From the NCBI GenBank assembly GCA_964466345.1, contig CAYXMZ010000001.1:1-56580 (forward strand): a stretch of 56,580 nucleotides of DNA. The letters run 5' to 3'. Both the position numbers and the translations under genes were made by a program. Position 1 is the stretch's first letter. Each line of letters starts with the position of its first letter. Under the pieces are notes generated by a model that worked only from the letters and a program-made list of their open reading frames with translations, was not told where the DNA came from and did no database searches. Origin of the DNA: an uncultured Candidatus Saccharimonas sp. (GTDB taxonomy: Bacteria > Patescibacteriota > Saccharimonadia > Saccharimonadales > Saccharimonadaceae). Shown piece after piece: positions 10,012 to 18,740 of the stretch.

Positions 10012-11214
10012 ATGAGATTACAAAACAAACATAAAATATCTCAAACTTTTACTCTTAAATCCGCAAGGATAGCTGTTTGTGTTTTGTTGATTGCAGGGAT
10101 ACTCTCTAGTGTATTTAGTTTACGCAGCAATGCCTGCTCGTCGATTAGTGAATGTGATGCTGAGATAAACAACTTACAACAGCAAATATCTGATTATCAA
10201 AAAGAAGCCAGCGCTCTAAGCGAACAGGCAATGACCTTGCAGAATGCTCTTGGTGAGTTAGCAAAACAACGAGCAGTTATACAAGCCCAAATAGACATTA
10301 GTCAGGCGCAATACGACAAATTGACTAGACAAATCATTGAAACAGAAAATCAGATTCAAACAAATCGTGATGCTTTAGGAAAAGTTATAGCTGACTTATA
10401 CGTTGATGATAAAGTAACGCCACTAGAAATGTTAGCTAGTAGCAGTACTATTGGTGAATATCTGGATAAACAAGAATACCGTAGCTCTGTGCGGAATCAA
10501 CTAACGGCCACTATTACTCAAATAAAGAAACTAAAAGCCGAACTAGACGAACAAAAATCTCAACTTTCTAAGGTGCTAGAGACCCAGAAGGCTCAAAAGG
10601 CTAGTTTAGTAGAAAAAGAAGCTGAGCAGAGTAATTTATTGGCCATGACAAAGGGTGAAGAGGCAAATTATCAGTCAATGATTAGTAAAAATCAAAATAA
10701 AATTGCTCAAGCAAGAGCAACTCAGGCTGCTATAAATGCTCGTTATACTAATTCGGGTGGGTATACGCTAGTAAGTGGAGGTAGTTTGGGAGACTATCCT
10801 TGGAACTGGTCTAATTGTGCTATGGAAGGATTTTTGTCAACGGGCGGATCCGATGGAAATGGCGGTGACGGTCACGGTTATGGTTGCCGTCAATGTGCAA
10901 GTTATGTAGCTTGGCGGATAGCTAAGGAAACTGGCAGGTATTATCAATGGGGAAATGCCGCAAATTTCTACCAGAATGCCGTAAACGCTGGCTATTCACC
11001 GGGAGGTGCACAATCCGGCTCAATCGCTATCATGACCGGGTATACTGCTCAAAACGGTATATATGGACATGTGGCGTGGGTTGAAGCTGTAAGCGAAGAC
11101 GGTCAACAGGTTTTGATAAGTCAATATAACCATAATTACGGTGCTGGTTACGGAATGTATAGTGAAATGTGGTTGTCAATTGGCGCGTTTGATTACTACG
11201 TACATATTTTGTAA
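10012..11214 (+). CDS. secreted or membrane-anchored coiled-coil + CHAP-domain peptidoglycan hydrolase (PcsB/CwlO-like architecture)
   Basis: N-terminal hydrophobic anchor and about 200 aa of heptad-like Q/E/K/L-rich sequence. The C-terminal CHAP domain has Cys in GYGCRQCASYVAWR and His in GHVAWVE. It lies directly downstream of ftsEX. Confidence 0.8.
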   Translation: MRLQNKHKISQTFTLKSARIAVCVLLIAGILSSVFSLRSNACSSISECDAEINNLQQQISDYQKEASALSEQAMTLQNALGELAKQRAVIQAQIDISQAQYDKLTRQIIETENQIQTNRDALGKVIADLYVDDKVTPLEMLASSSTIGEYLDKQEYRSSVRNQLTATITQIKKLKAELDEQKSQLSKVLETQKAQKASLVEKEAEQSNLLAMTKGEEANYQSMISKNQNKIAQARATQAAINARYTNSGGYTLVSGGSLGDYPWNWSNCAMEGFLSTGGSDGNGGDGHGYGCRQCASYVAWRIAKETGRYYQWGNAANFYQNAVNAGYSPGGAQSGSIAIMTGYTAQNGIYGHVAWVEAVSEDGQQVLISQYNHNYGAGYGMYSEMWLSIGAFDYYVHIL

Positions 11215-11270
11215 ATCAAATCTCTCAAAATGCGTTATAATTGATTAAGCTAATATTTGAGGCGGGGTTA

Positions 11271-12500
11271 ATGACTCATAAAAAAGACATAATTGATAAA
11301 GATGTTGAAAATAAACGTCAGATAAAAGTTGATTTATCTGCAACTTTTAAATTTGTAGCCGTAGCGCTGATCGCTGTTCTAGGTTATATAGCAGGAATTT
11401 ATCATTATCGGATAGAAGCCGCTATTGCACCAGTATTTGGCTACAGAGCATATTCGGGCACTATCGACCTAACATCACTGCAAGAAACATACAATGCCTT
11501 GGCTAGCAACTTTGATGGTGATTTAGATACTAGGAAATTAATTAGTGGCGCTAGTAGAGGTTTAGTAGAGGCGGCTGGTGATGAATATACGATGTATTTA
11601 GACGCTACTGACGCAGAGGAATACAACAAAAGTCTATCAGGTGAAATTGGTGGTGGAATCGGCGTTGAGGTTGGGATAAGAAAAGACAGAATCACTATAG
11701 TAAATGTATTAAAAGGTAATACTGCAAAGGCGGCTGGGGTCCTGGCTGGTGACGTGTTGCTTGGTGTTAATGATGACGCAGTGAGTGACTGGACCGTGGA
11801 ACAAACGGTCGCAAAAATTCGCGGTGATGTTGGTACAACTGTTAAATTAACTGTCGAACGCGAAGGTGCTATTAAAACTTTTACTATAACGCGTGCCGAG
11901 ATTGACAATCCAAGTGTCCGTAGTGAAATCTCTGGTAAGATTGGCATATTAACTATCCTGAGATTTGATAATGAAACCGGTGATTTAGCTCGCTTAGAAG
12001 GCGAGAGTCTAATTAGTCAGGGCGCTCAATCTATAATTTTAGACTTACGTAGTAATGGCGGTGGATATGTCGAAGCTGCTAGAGCCGTGGCTGGATTGTG
12101 GCTAGATGATAAAAAAATAGTAACCGAAAAAACTACTTTGGGGCAGGTTAAAGCGACTATTATTACTGGCAAAGATGCGATTTTAGACGGGTTTCCAACG
12201 GTCGTATTAGTGAACGGTTCAACAGCTAGTGCTAGTGAAATTGTGGCTGGAGCTTTAAAAGACTACGGAGCTGCAACTCTAGTGGGTGATCAAACTTATG
12301 GCAAGGGTAGTGTGCAAAAATTAATTAATCTTAGTGATAAAGCGTTATTGAAAGTAACAGTGGCTCGATGGTTTACTCCAAAAGATCAAAATATCAGTGG
12401 TAATGGTATCATTCCTAATAAAATAGTGGGCTTAACTAGTGATGATTTAAATAATGATCGTGACCCGCAAATGGACGAGGCCAAGAACATTTTGCTGTGA
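11271..12500 (+). CDS. S41 family C-terminal processing (tail-specific) peptidase with PDZ domain
   Basis: Motifs LDLRSNGGGYV, GSTASASEIVAGALKD (catalytic Ser) and TYGKGSVQ (Lys), plus a PDZ-like segment (GDVLLGVND). ATG at 11271 follows a GAGGCGGGG ribosome-binding site. Confidence 0.88.
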   Translation: MTHKKDIIDKDVENKRQIKVDLSATFKFVAVALIAVLGYIAGIYHYRIEAAIAPVFGYRAYSGTIDLTSLQETYNALASNFDGDLDTRKLISGASRGLVEAAGDEYTMYLDATDAEEYNKSLSGEIGGGIGVEVGIRKDRITIVNVLKGNTAKAAGVLAGDVLLGVNDDAVSDWTVEQTVAKIRGDVGTTVKLTVEREGAIKTFTITRAEIDNPSVRSEISGKIGILTILRFDNETGDLARLEGESLISQGAQSIILDLRSNGGGYVEAARAVAGLWLDDKKIVTEKTTLGQVKATIITGKDAILDGFPTVVLVNGSTASASEIVAGALKDYGAATLVGDQTYGKGSVQKLINLSDKALLKVTVARWFTPKDQNISGNGIIPNKIVGLTSDDLNNDRDPQMDEAKNILL

Positions 12501-12512
12501 TAAGCTTGTGTT

Positions 12513-12547
12513 TAATATGTATTTTGTAGTAATATGTATTTAATATG
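12513..12547 (+). repeat. 12-nt perfect direct repeat TAATATGTATTT x2 (12513-12524, 12530-12541) plus a third partial copy TAATATG (12541-12547) ending on the start codon
   Basis: Read directly in the 44-nt gap between the ctp-like gene and the receiver gene. Confidence 0.6.
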
Positions 12548-12922
12548 GAAGCAAAGAAAAATATTTTATTAGTTGAAGACGACACAGCTTTGTCTGGAGT
12601 ATATAAATCTAGACTTGAGATGGAAGGCTTTAACGTTCGTGAAGTTGATAATGGTGAAAAAGCCTTGTCGGTAGCTATTGAATTCAAACCAGACTTGATA
12701 CTACTAGATGCAATGATGCCAAAAATTAGTGGTTTTGATGTTTTAGATATTTTACGCAACACCAAAGAAACGGCTAATATCCGGATAATTATGTTAACTG
12801 CCCTCAGTCAGCCTAAGGATAAAGAACGTGCCGAAGAATTAGGCGTAGATGACTATCTAGTAAAATCACAAGTTGTTATTGGTGATGTGGTTGAACGTGT
12901 TAAATATCATTTAGGCGTTTAG
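12545..12922 (+). CDS. stand-alone response-regulator receiver protein (CheY-like, no output domain)
   Basis: 125 aa with an acidic pocket (VEDD), the phospho-acceptor Asp context (LILLDAMMP), LTA and a conserved K (DDYLVKS). Confidence 0.88.
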   Translation: MEAKKNILLVEDDTALSGVYKSRLEMEGFNVREVDNGEKALSVAIEFKPDLILLDAMMPKISGFDVLDILRNTKETANIRIIMLTALSQPKDKERAEELGVDDYLVKSQVVIGDVVERVKYHLGV

Positions 12923-12961
12923 ACCAATAAAAAAGACCAGCTATATTATTTGAATTTTAAA

Positions 12962-12983
12962 ATACCCGCGTAAGAGTGGGTAT
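12962..12983. terminator. weak hairpin between convergent genes (ATACCC-10 nt-GGGTAT), flanked by A and T runs
   Basis: A 6-bp stem at 12962-12967/12978-12983, followed by TTATT on the + strand and preceded by TTTTAAAAT. Confidence 0.4.
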
Positions 12984-13008
12984 TTATTATTAAAGGTCCT
13001 AAAGTAAT

Positions 13009-13281
13009 TTATTTTACTATTACTTGTGTGCGAGGCACGGTTTTGCCAGTAAAGCTTTTTTTGCGGATTTTAGTAAAAGATACAATTCCGTCAACCGCAG
13101 CGTGAATAGTGAAGTTGCGACTGATAAAAGTACCTGGGCCAGCAATTTTTGTAGAACCAGTTTGACGAACTAAAACCTCACCTCGTCGTACTTTTTGACC
13201 ACCAAAACGCTTAACACCTAGTCTTTGACCGGCATTATTGTGAATATTTTTTGATGTACCGCCAGCTTTGACGTGTGACAT
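13009..13281 (-). CDS. rpmA: 50S ribosomal protein L27
   Basis: MSHVKAGGTSKNIHNNAGQRLGVKRFGG matches the L27 N-terminus with no Prp-cleaved extension. A GAGGAG Shine-Dalgarno lies upstream. Confidence 0.96.
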   Translation of the reverse strand: MSHVKAGGTSKNIHNNAGQRLGVKRFGGQKVRRGEVLVRQTGSTKIAGPGTFISRNFTIHAAVDGIVSFTKIRKKSFTGKTVPRTQVIVK

Positions 13282-13326
13282 ATTAACTCCTCAAAATTTA
13301 CAATAATTAACGAAAAATCGAACTCA

Positions 13327-13355
13327 ATTGTACCAAACATCTGTTAATTAGTCAA
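13327..13355 (-). promoter_or_regulatory. putative promoter for rpmA: TTGACT-17-(TGg)TACAAT on the minus strand
   Basis: The reverse complement of 13350-13355 is TTGACT and that of 13327-13332 is TACAAT, with TGg immediately upstream. The leader to ATG 13281 is about 40 nt. Confidence 0.6.
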
Positions 13356-13371
13356 CAGAAGCAGAAATATA

Positions 13372-14553
13372 TTAATTGTTTTTTTGCAGGATTAACAATT
13401 CTCGTGCTACGACTTGATTCGGACGGTGATAAATCAGTTCTTCTGGTCGAATGATTTGTAATTCAACACGTTTGTAGCCAAATTCCTCTAGATGTTCAAT
13501 TAGCGGTAGGTGAGAAATTGTACCATAACGACTCACCCAAGCTGGCACTGCTAAACAAACGACTGAGTCAGGAGTTATTTGGTGATTAAGGTTCTTTAAA
13601 AACATTGTGACTAGGTTGTTGCAGTTATGTTTTACCTCGCTAAATTTATGTGGTTCGGGAAAAGCACTAAAAGGTTGACCTAAATAAGTTTCGCTGACAA
13701 CTAAATCAATAGACGAGTCCCACTTTGCGGACATTGCGTTTCCTGTAGCTAATTTATAATCAAAATCAATACAGTGAGTTTTTTTAAGCCAGTCTAGATT
13801 TTCTTTGCTATACTCGATCATTTTGTCTGAAATATCCGTACCAACAACTGTTTTAAAGCCCATTAAGCCAGCTTCTTGTAAAATCACTCCAGTACCACAA
13901 AAAGGATCAAGCAGGGTCAGCTCGCTTGGATCTTTGTCGCCAAGGGCTAGATTTATTATAGTTTGAGCGAGCTTAGGTGGTAACATTCCTACGAAAGCAT
14001 CTCTTTTGGGACGAGCTTGGTCGCGTTTAGAGTAAGCGGTAATGTTTTGAGTCGATTTAGTCTCTGCTAAAACAAGTGAACCACTGTCTTCTGAGCGTAC
14101 AATCATCAATTCTACTTTCGTCGACAGAGAGCCTAGCTTGTTGTGATAACTGACAGCACTTGATAAGGCGCTTGTCGCATTAGGGATTAGACGCAGACTT
14201 ACGTTTTTTGTTCGTAATTTTCGTTTCAAACCAAGACCGAGCCTTTGTATATCATATGGTTTTGTGTTGTTATCGTACACACTAATTCCGAATGTAATTT
14301 TATTCTTACTATCTATAAAGCGCTTGTAGTATTCTTCGATGATTTGCTGTGATGCCGAGGCGAGACTTTGTTTGTCTAAAATAGTTGTGACTGTGCCGAC
14401 TTTTACAACACCGCCAAATTGATCGATGTCAAACTTCTTTGTATTGACTGTAACGGCATGGGTAGATATTCGGGAGATATTACTAGCACCGAATCTACGT
14501 TCTAATTCTGCTAACCCAAGTTCTGGTTGACGACCTAAAATTGCTATAAACAT
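13372..14553 (-). CDS. class I SAM-dependent methyltransferase (UPF0020/Trm11-like putative RNA methylase)
   Basis: SAM motif I (LLDPFCGTGVILQEAG) and an acidic motif II (GTDIS). The N-terminal half (AILGRQPELGLAELE) resembles RNA-methylase N-domains. The start is moved to ATG 14553, 7 nt downstream of a TATAAT (complement of 14561-14566). Confidence 0.6.
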   Translation of the reverse strand: MFIAILGRQPELGLAELERRFGASNISRISTHAVTVNTKKFDIDQFGGVVKVGTVTTILDKQSLASASQQIIEEYYKRFIDSKNKITFGISVYDNNTKPYDIQRLGLGLKRKLRTKNVSLRLIPNATSALSSAVSYHNKLGSLSTKVELMIVRSEDSGSLVLAETKSTQNITAYSKRDQARPKRDAFVGMLPPKLAQTIINLALGDKDPSELTLLDPFCGTGVILQEAGLMGFKTVVGTDISDKMIEYSKENLDWLKKTHCIDFDYKLATGNAMSAKWDSSIDLVVSETYLGQPFSAFPEPHKFSEVKHNCNNLVTMFLKNLNHQITPDSVVCLAVPAWVSRYGTISHLPLIEHLEEFGYKRVELQIIRPEELIYHRPNQVVARELLILQKNN

Positions 14554-14609
14554 ATAGACAATTATATACATATATTCAACTTTTTTGGTGTTATAATATT
14601 GGTTAAGCT

Positions 14610-15635
14610 ATGAAAATTCGTAAAATATTAAATATCTCTGTCTTTATATTGCTCCTGTTGGTCGTTTATTTTAGTTGGGACGATATAGTTCAAGCCCTGG
14701 GTTTGTTGGGGCAAGTTAATCTGTGGATTTTGGTTTTATTGATACCAATACAGCTTGTAAGCTATTATGCTTCTGGACAAGTAATATTCTCTTATTTGCG
14801 TGATAAAGGCAATCTAAAACGCGTCGGTGGATGGCAGATGACTCGGATGGCGTTAGAGCTGAACTTCGTAAACCATATTTTACCTAGTGGTGGGGCGGCT
14901 GGATTTTCATATTTAACTTGGTTACTAACTAGATTTAATGTTAAACCCGGTCGCTCGGTGATGGCTCAAGTAGTAAGATTCGGTGTTATTTTCACAACAT
15001 TTGTGGGATTAATACTTCTTTCAGTGATTTATTTATTTTTTAACCAAAAAATTAACAATACTATAGCTTGGTGGAGTTTTGGATTAGCTATCGGTGTGAT
15101 TACGTTGATTTTTATAGCAATAAAAATAATCGGCAACAAGCGTCGTATGCAAAAAGTTGGAAGATGGATTACTAATATTATTAATTTAATAATATCAAAG
15201 CTAACTCGCGGAAGGAATTGTGAGGTTCTACAGCTAAAGCAGACCGAGAAATTTTTTAATGACATTTATAGAGATTATGAAATAATCCGTCGCGATAAAA
15301 AAATTCTCAAAAAGCCTTTTTTGTGGGCTATCCTAGCTAACATTTGTGATATGGGTTTGATATTTATAACCTTCTTGGCTTTGGGCCATTTTATTAATCC
15401 GGCGCTCTTGTTTATTGCCTTTGGTTTGGCTACAACGCTTAGCGTGTTTTTCTTTACGCCAGGTGGAATGGGTATGTACGAAGCGACGATGATTGCTTTT
15501 TTGACTTCAGCGGGTATTGTGTCTGAAGTAGCAATAGCTGGAACGCTTCTTGCTCGCATTATTTTACTGTTCCTCACAATTGTATTTGGTTATCTATTTT
15601 ATCATCAGACAATGAGAGGCCATGACGAAAAGTAG
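14610..15635 (+). CDS. polytopic membrane protein, UPF0104 / lysylphosphatidylglycerol-synthase-TM-region-like family
   Basis: About 8 predicted transmembrane segments. The overall pattern (GG..GF..L, PGG.G..E) is typical of that family. TATAAT at 14592-14597 with an upstream TGt. Confidence 0.55.
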   Translation: MKIRKILNISVFILLLLVVYFSWDDIVQALGLLGQVNLWILVLLIPIQLVSYYASGQVIFSYLRDKGNLKRVGGWQMTRMALELNFVNHILPSGGAAGFSYLTWLLTRFNVKPGRSVMAQVVRFGVIFTTFVGLILLSVIYLFFNQKINNTIAWWSFGLAIGVITLIFIAIKIIGNKRRMQKVGRWITNIINLIISKLTRGRNCEVLQLKQTEKFFNDIYRDYEIIRRDKKILKKPFLWAILANICDMGLIFITFLALGHFINPALLFIAFGLATTLSVFFFTPGGMGMYEATMIAFLTSAGIVSEVAIAGTLLARIILLFLTIVFGYLFYHQTMRGHDEK

Positions 15636-16725
15636 CATTTTACCACTATTTACCGTTAGTGATTTTATAGTCAGCTTAAATCAAATCTTGGAGTTTTCAT
15701 TTCCAACCGTGGAGGTTGAAGGGGAAGTGTCTTCTTTTAAAATTAATCAAAATAAATATGTGTTTTTTGATATTAAAGATGAAGGAGGTAGTATAGGTTG
15801 TTTTATGACAACTTGGCAGCTGCGGCAACCGATAGAAGACGGTATGAAAATTATTGTCACCGCTACACCAAAACTAACTCAATGGGGTAAATTTAGTTTG
15901 ACGGTTAAAGCGATTCGTCCCGTCGGCGAAGGCTCGATCAAGAAGAGCTTTGAACTACTTAAAATAAAGCTAGACAAAGAGGGGCTGTTCACTCCGGAAC
16001 GAAAAAGAGAGCTACCGATTATCCCACGACACGTCGCCGTGGTTAGTAGTGTAGACGCCGCTGGCTATGCTGATTTTATAAAAATTATAAATAATCGGTG
16101 GGGCGGTATGGAAGTCTCAGTGGCTAATGTACAGGTTCAAGGTGCAAGTGCTCCGGATCAAATTATTAGAGCAATAAAATATTTTAATCAATTAGAAATT
16201 TTGCCAGAAGTTTTAGTTATCGTACGCGGTGGCGGAAGTGTTGATGATCTAGCTACTTTTAATGATGAGCTGTTAGTGCGAGCTATTGCAAGTAGTCGTA
16301 TTCCTACTTTAGTTGGTGTTGGTCATGAAATTGATGAATCTTTGGCCGATCTTGTAGCAGACAAGCGGGCTTCTACCCCAAGCAATGCCGCTGAAATATT
16401 AGTACCAGACAAACGTGAAGTAATCGGACGTTTAAATATACAGATGACCGGATTATTACCAAGAGTTGAGAAGTTGGTAGAAACAGAGCAAAAAGCACTC
16501 GCTACGAAAATAGATGTTGTTTTAACAACAATAAATCAAAAAATTGAAGACACTAAGTGGCGAATTGATAGATATAAACAATTAATAGACCAGATAAATC
16601 CGAACAAAGTGTTAGAGAGAGGTTATGCGATTTGGCGTGGTCAAGCCTTAGAAGGTTCTATGATTGAAGTTGAAACAAGTAAACACATAATGAAAGCGGA
16701 GGTGAAAAATGTCCGACAAAAATAA
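15622..16725 (+). CDS. xseA: exodeoxyribonuclease VII large subunit
   Basis: OB-fold N-terminus (VEGEVSSFK...YFDIKDE) and a catalytic core (VIVRGGGSVDDL, GHEIDESLADLVAD). Confidence 0.92.
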   Translation: MTKSSILPLFTVSDFIVSLNQILEFSFPTVEVEGEVSSFKINQNKYVFFDIKDEGGSIGCFMTTWQLRQPIEDGMKIIVTATPKLTQWGKFSLTVKAIRPVGEGSIKKSFELLKIKLDKEGLFTPERKRELPIIPRHVAVVSSVDAAGYADFIKIINNRWGGMEVSVANVQVQGASAPDQIIRAIKYFNQLEILPEVLVIVRGGGSVDDLATFNDELLVRAIASSRIPTLVGVGHEIDESLADLVADKRASTPSNAAEILVPDKREVIGRLNIQMTGLLPRVEKLVETEQKALATKIDVVLTTINQKIEDTKWRIDRYKQLIDQINPNKVLERGYAIWRGQALEGSMIEVETSKHIMKAEVKNVRQK

Positions 16726-16912
16726 AACTATTGCACAAAAAACAGCCGAGCTCGATGCGATTATCGCTTGGTTTGATAGTGGAGAGTTTGATTTAGAATT
16801 GGCGTTAGATAAATTCAAACAAGCCGAAAAATTAACTTTAGAAATAGAAGAAGACCTTAAGGCCTTAAAGAACGAGATAAATATAGTAAAAAAACGCTTT
16901 GATCAAGACTAA
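16709..16912 (+). CDS. xseB: exodeoxyribonuclease VII small subunit
   Basis: A 67-aa helical protein with LELALDKFKQAEKL. It overlaps xseA and has a GGAGGTG Shine-Dalgarno. Confidence 0.88.
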   Translation: MSDKNKTIAQKTAELDAIIAWFDSGEFDLELALDKFKQAEKLTLEIEEDLKALKNEINIVKKRFDQD

Positions 16913-16935
16913 ATTTCAAGCATAAAGGATTTATC

Positions 16936-16964
16936 TTTACAAGCTAAAGTAGCATAAGTATAAT
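16936..16964 (+). promoter_or_regulatory. putative promoter TTTACA-17-TATAAT, 6 nt upstream of ATG 16971 (leaderless layout)
   Basis: TTTACA at 16936-16941 and TATAAT at 16959-16964. Confidence 0.55.
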
Positions 16965-16970
16965 GGCGCT

Positions 16971-17621
16971 ATGACTAAAAAATTTCATAATGGTTCGGCT
17001 AAAGCTTGGATGATAACCACGATTTGTTTGATAGTTTTTGTTGCTGGTTTAGCTGTCTTGTCTGTTTGGTTGTTTCTTAATTACACCGATCAAAAAGACA
17101 ATGTTGATAGTAAAATTGCTGACGCAAAAGCAATAGTCGAGAGAGAGCAAGCTGAAATTTACGAAAATAAGCTTACAAAAGAAAAGAACAATCCATTTAA
17201 TGATTTTAATGGTCCCGAAGATTACGGTTCTCTGTCTTTCAAATATCCAAAAACTTGGAGTGTTTATGTTGAGGATGAGGCTAGAGACGGCGGTGATTAT
17301 GAAGCTTATTTAAATCCTGGAACAGTGCCGCCAGTTGGCGAAAAACAACAATTCGCACTTAGGGTTTTGATTGAAAGTAAGAGTTATGATTCGGTTGTAA
17401 CTAAGTACGACTCGCTGGTTTCGAAAGGAAGCTTAGAACTCAGCACCATTAAGATTAATGACGTAGCTGGAACTAGACTTGAAGGTAGTTTTAGCAAAGA
17501 CATTAGAGGTATAGCTATAATTTTCAAAATTCGTGATAAAACTTTGACGATGCGAACAGATGCTTATACGTTTAGAGATTATTTTGATCAAATCATTCAA
17601 ACAATCAAATTCAACCAATAA
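16971..17621 (+). CDS. membrane-anchored extracytoplasmic protein of unknown function
   Basis: Single N-terminal transmembrane segment (WMITTICLIVFVAGLAVLSVWLF) followed by a roughly 170-aa mixed alpha/beta-looking domain. I recognise no catalytic motif. Confidence 0.6.
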   Translation: MTKKFHNGSAKAWMITTICLIVFVAGLAVLSVWLFLNYTDQKDNVDSKIADAKAIVEREQAEIYENKLTKEKNNPFNDFNGPEDYGSLSFKYPKTWSVYVEDEARDGGDYEAYLNPGTVPPVGEKQQFALRVLIESKSYDSVVTKYDSLVSKGSLELSTIKINDVAGTRLEGSFSKDIRGIAIIFKIRDKTLTMRTDAYTFRDYFDQIIQTIKFNQ

Positions 17622-17640
17622 TTTGTGTTACAATTAGCCT

Positions 17641-18378
17641 ATGAGTACGGTGCGAGGTAAACGTACAATTCTGAGTGTGCCGAACGGAAGAAAGCTTTCT
17701 TCAGTAGTAATGGCGGCACACGAATTAAAAGCGCCACTTAGTCTAATTCGGCAGCTTTCGCTTGGTTTGGAAACAAATAATATTAAAAGTTCAGAAAACC
17801 AAAGAATAGTAGAACAGATTGTGTTAACCAGTGAGCGCGCGCTAAGATTAACTAGCGACTTGACTAAGTCTATAAAATTAGATAACGCTTTATTTAAGCT
17901 TGAACCAATAAATGCTCAGAGATTATGTGAAGATGTCGTGCGTGATATGACGCCTTTGTTTAAGGCTAACGACAAAGAGATTAAAATTGAAAAAAAGCGT
18001 CGCTCAATGCTTTTGATCGCTAACTCTGATTTATTGCGTCGTATTTTGATGAATTTTAGCGATAATGCACTAAGATATTCAGAAGGTAAAAATGTAGTCG
18101 AAATAAAAGTCGGTTCTATATCAAAAGGTGAAATCATTCGTGTTGGAATACGCGATTATGGTCCGGCTTTATCTAGCCGGGCTCTAAAAGCCATAAAAAA
18201 TAAAGATTTAATATCAAATGCCGAAACAGCTAGTCGACCGTTAAGCAGTGGTTTAGGTATTTATATTTCTGGTCAATTTGCTGAAGCGATGAACGGTCAG
18301 ATTGGTGCGATAAGGCATCGTGATGGAACGACTTTTTATGTCGATCTTCAAGCTTCAAGACAATTGAGATTATTATGA
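17641..18378 (+). CDS. minimal cytoplasmic histidine kinase (DHp + CA only; no TM or sensor domain)
   Basis: H-box (AAHELKAPLSLI) about 25 aa from the N-terminus, N-box (NFSDNALRYS), G1 (IRDYGPAL) and G2 (GLGIYI). Confidence 0.85.
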   Translation: MSTVRGKRTILSVPNGRKLSSVVMAAHELKAPLSLIRQLSLGLETNNIKSSENQRIVEQIVLTSERALRLTSDLTKSIKLDNALFKLEPINAQRLCEDVVRDMTPLFKANDKEIKIEKKRRSMLLIANSDLLRRILMNFSDNALRYSEGKNVVEIKVGSISKGEIIRVGIRDYGPALSSRALKAIKNKDLISNAETASRPLSSGLGIYISGQFAEAMNGQIGAIRHRDGTTFYVDLQASRQLRLL

Positions 18379-18740
18379 AAAAAATTTTTATAGTCGAAGA
18401 TGATTCTTGGTTAGCTGAACAACTAAAGCGTACCTTGGATGCTTCCGGTTACGAGACTTTTATAGCGTCTCACGCCCTGACGGCAGTTCAATCGTTGGAT
18501 AAATTCTACCCAGACTTATTTATCATGGACGTTTTACTGAGTGGTGTTACTGCTTTTACGTTGATGAATGAATTGCAAACTTACTATGATACGTCTAAAA
18601 TTCCAGTAATTCTATGTACTAATTTAGCTGGTGATTTAAATTTTGATTCTTTTTCATCTTATAATATTCAAAAAGTTATCGATAAAACTACTATGAAACC
18701 GCAGGATTTGATTTTGGCTGTCAAGGAGTTAATAGGTTGA
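18375..18740 (+). CDS. stand-alone response-regulator receiver protein
   Basis: 121 aa with VEDD, an acceptor Asp in LFIMDVLL, and no output domain. It has an ATGA overlap with the kinase gene. Confidence 0.85.
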   Translation: MKKIFIVEDDSWLAEQLKRTLDASGYETFIASHALTAVQSLDKFYPDLFIMDVLLSGVTAFTLMNELQTYYDTSKIPVILCTNLAGDLNFDSFSSYNIQKVIDKTTMKPQDLILAVKELIG

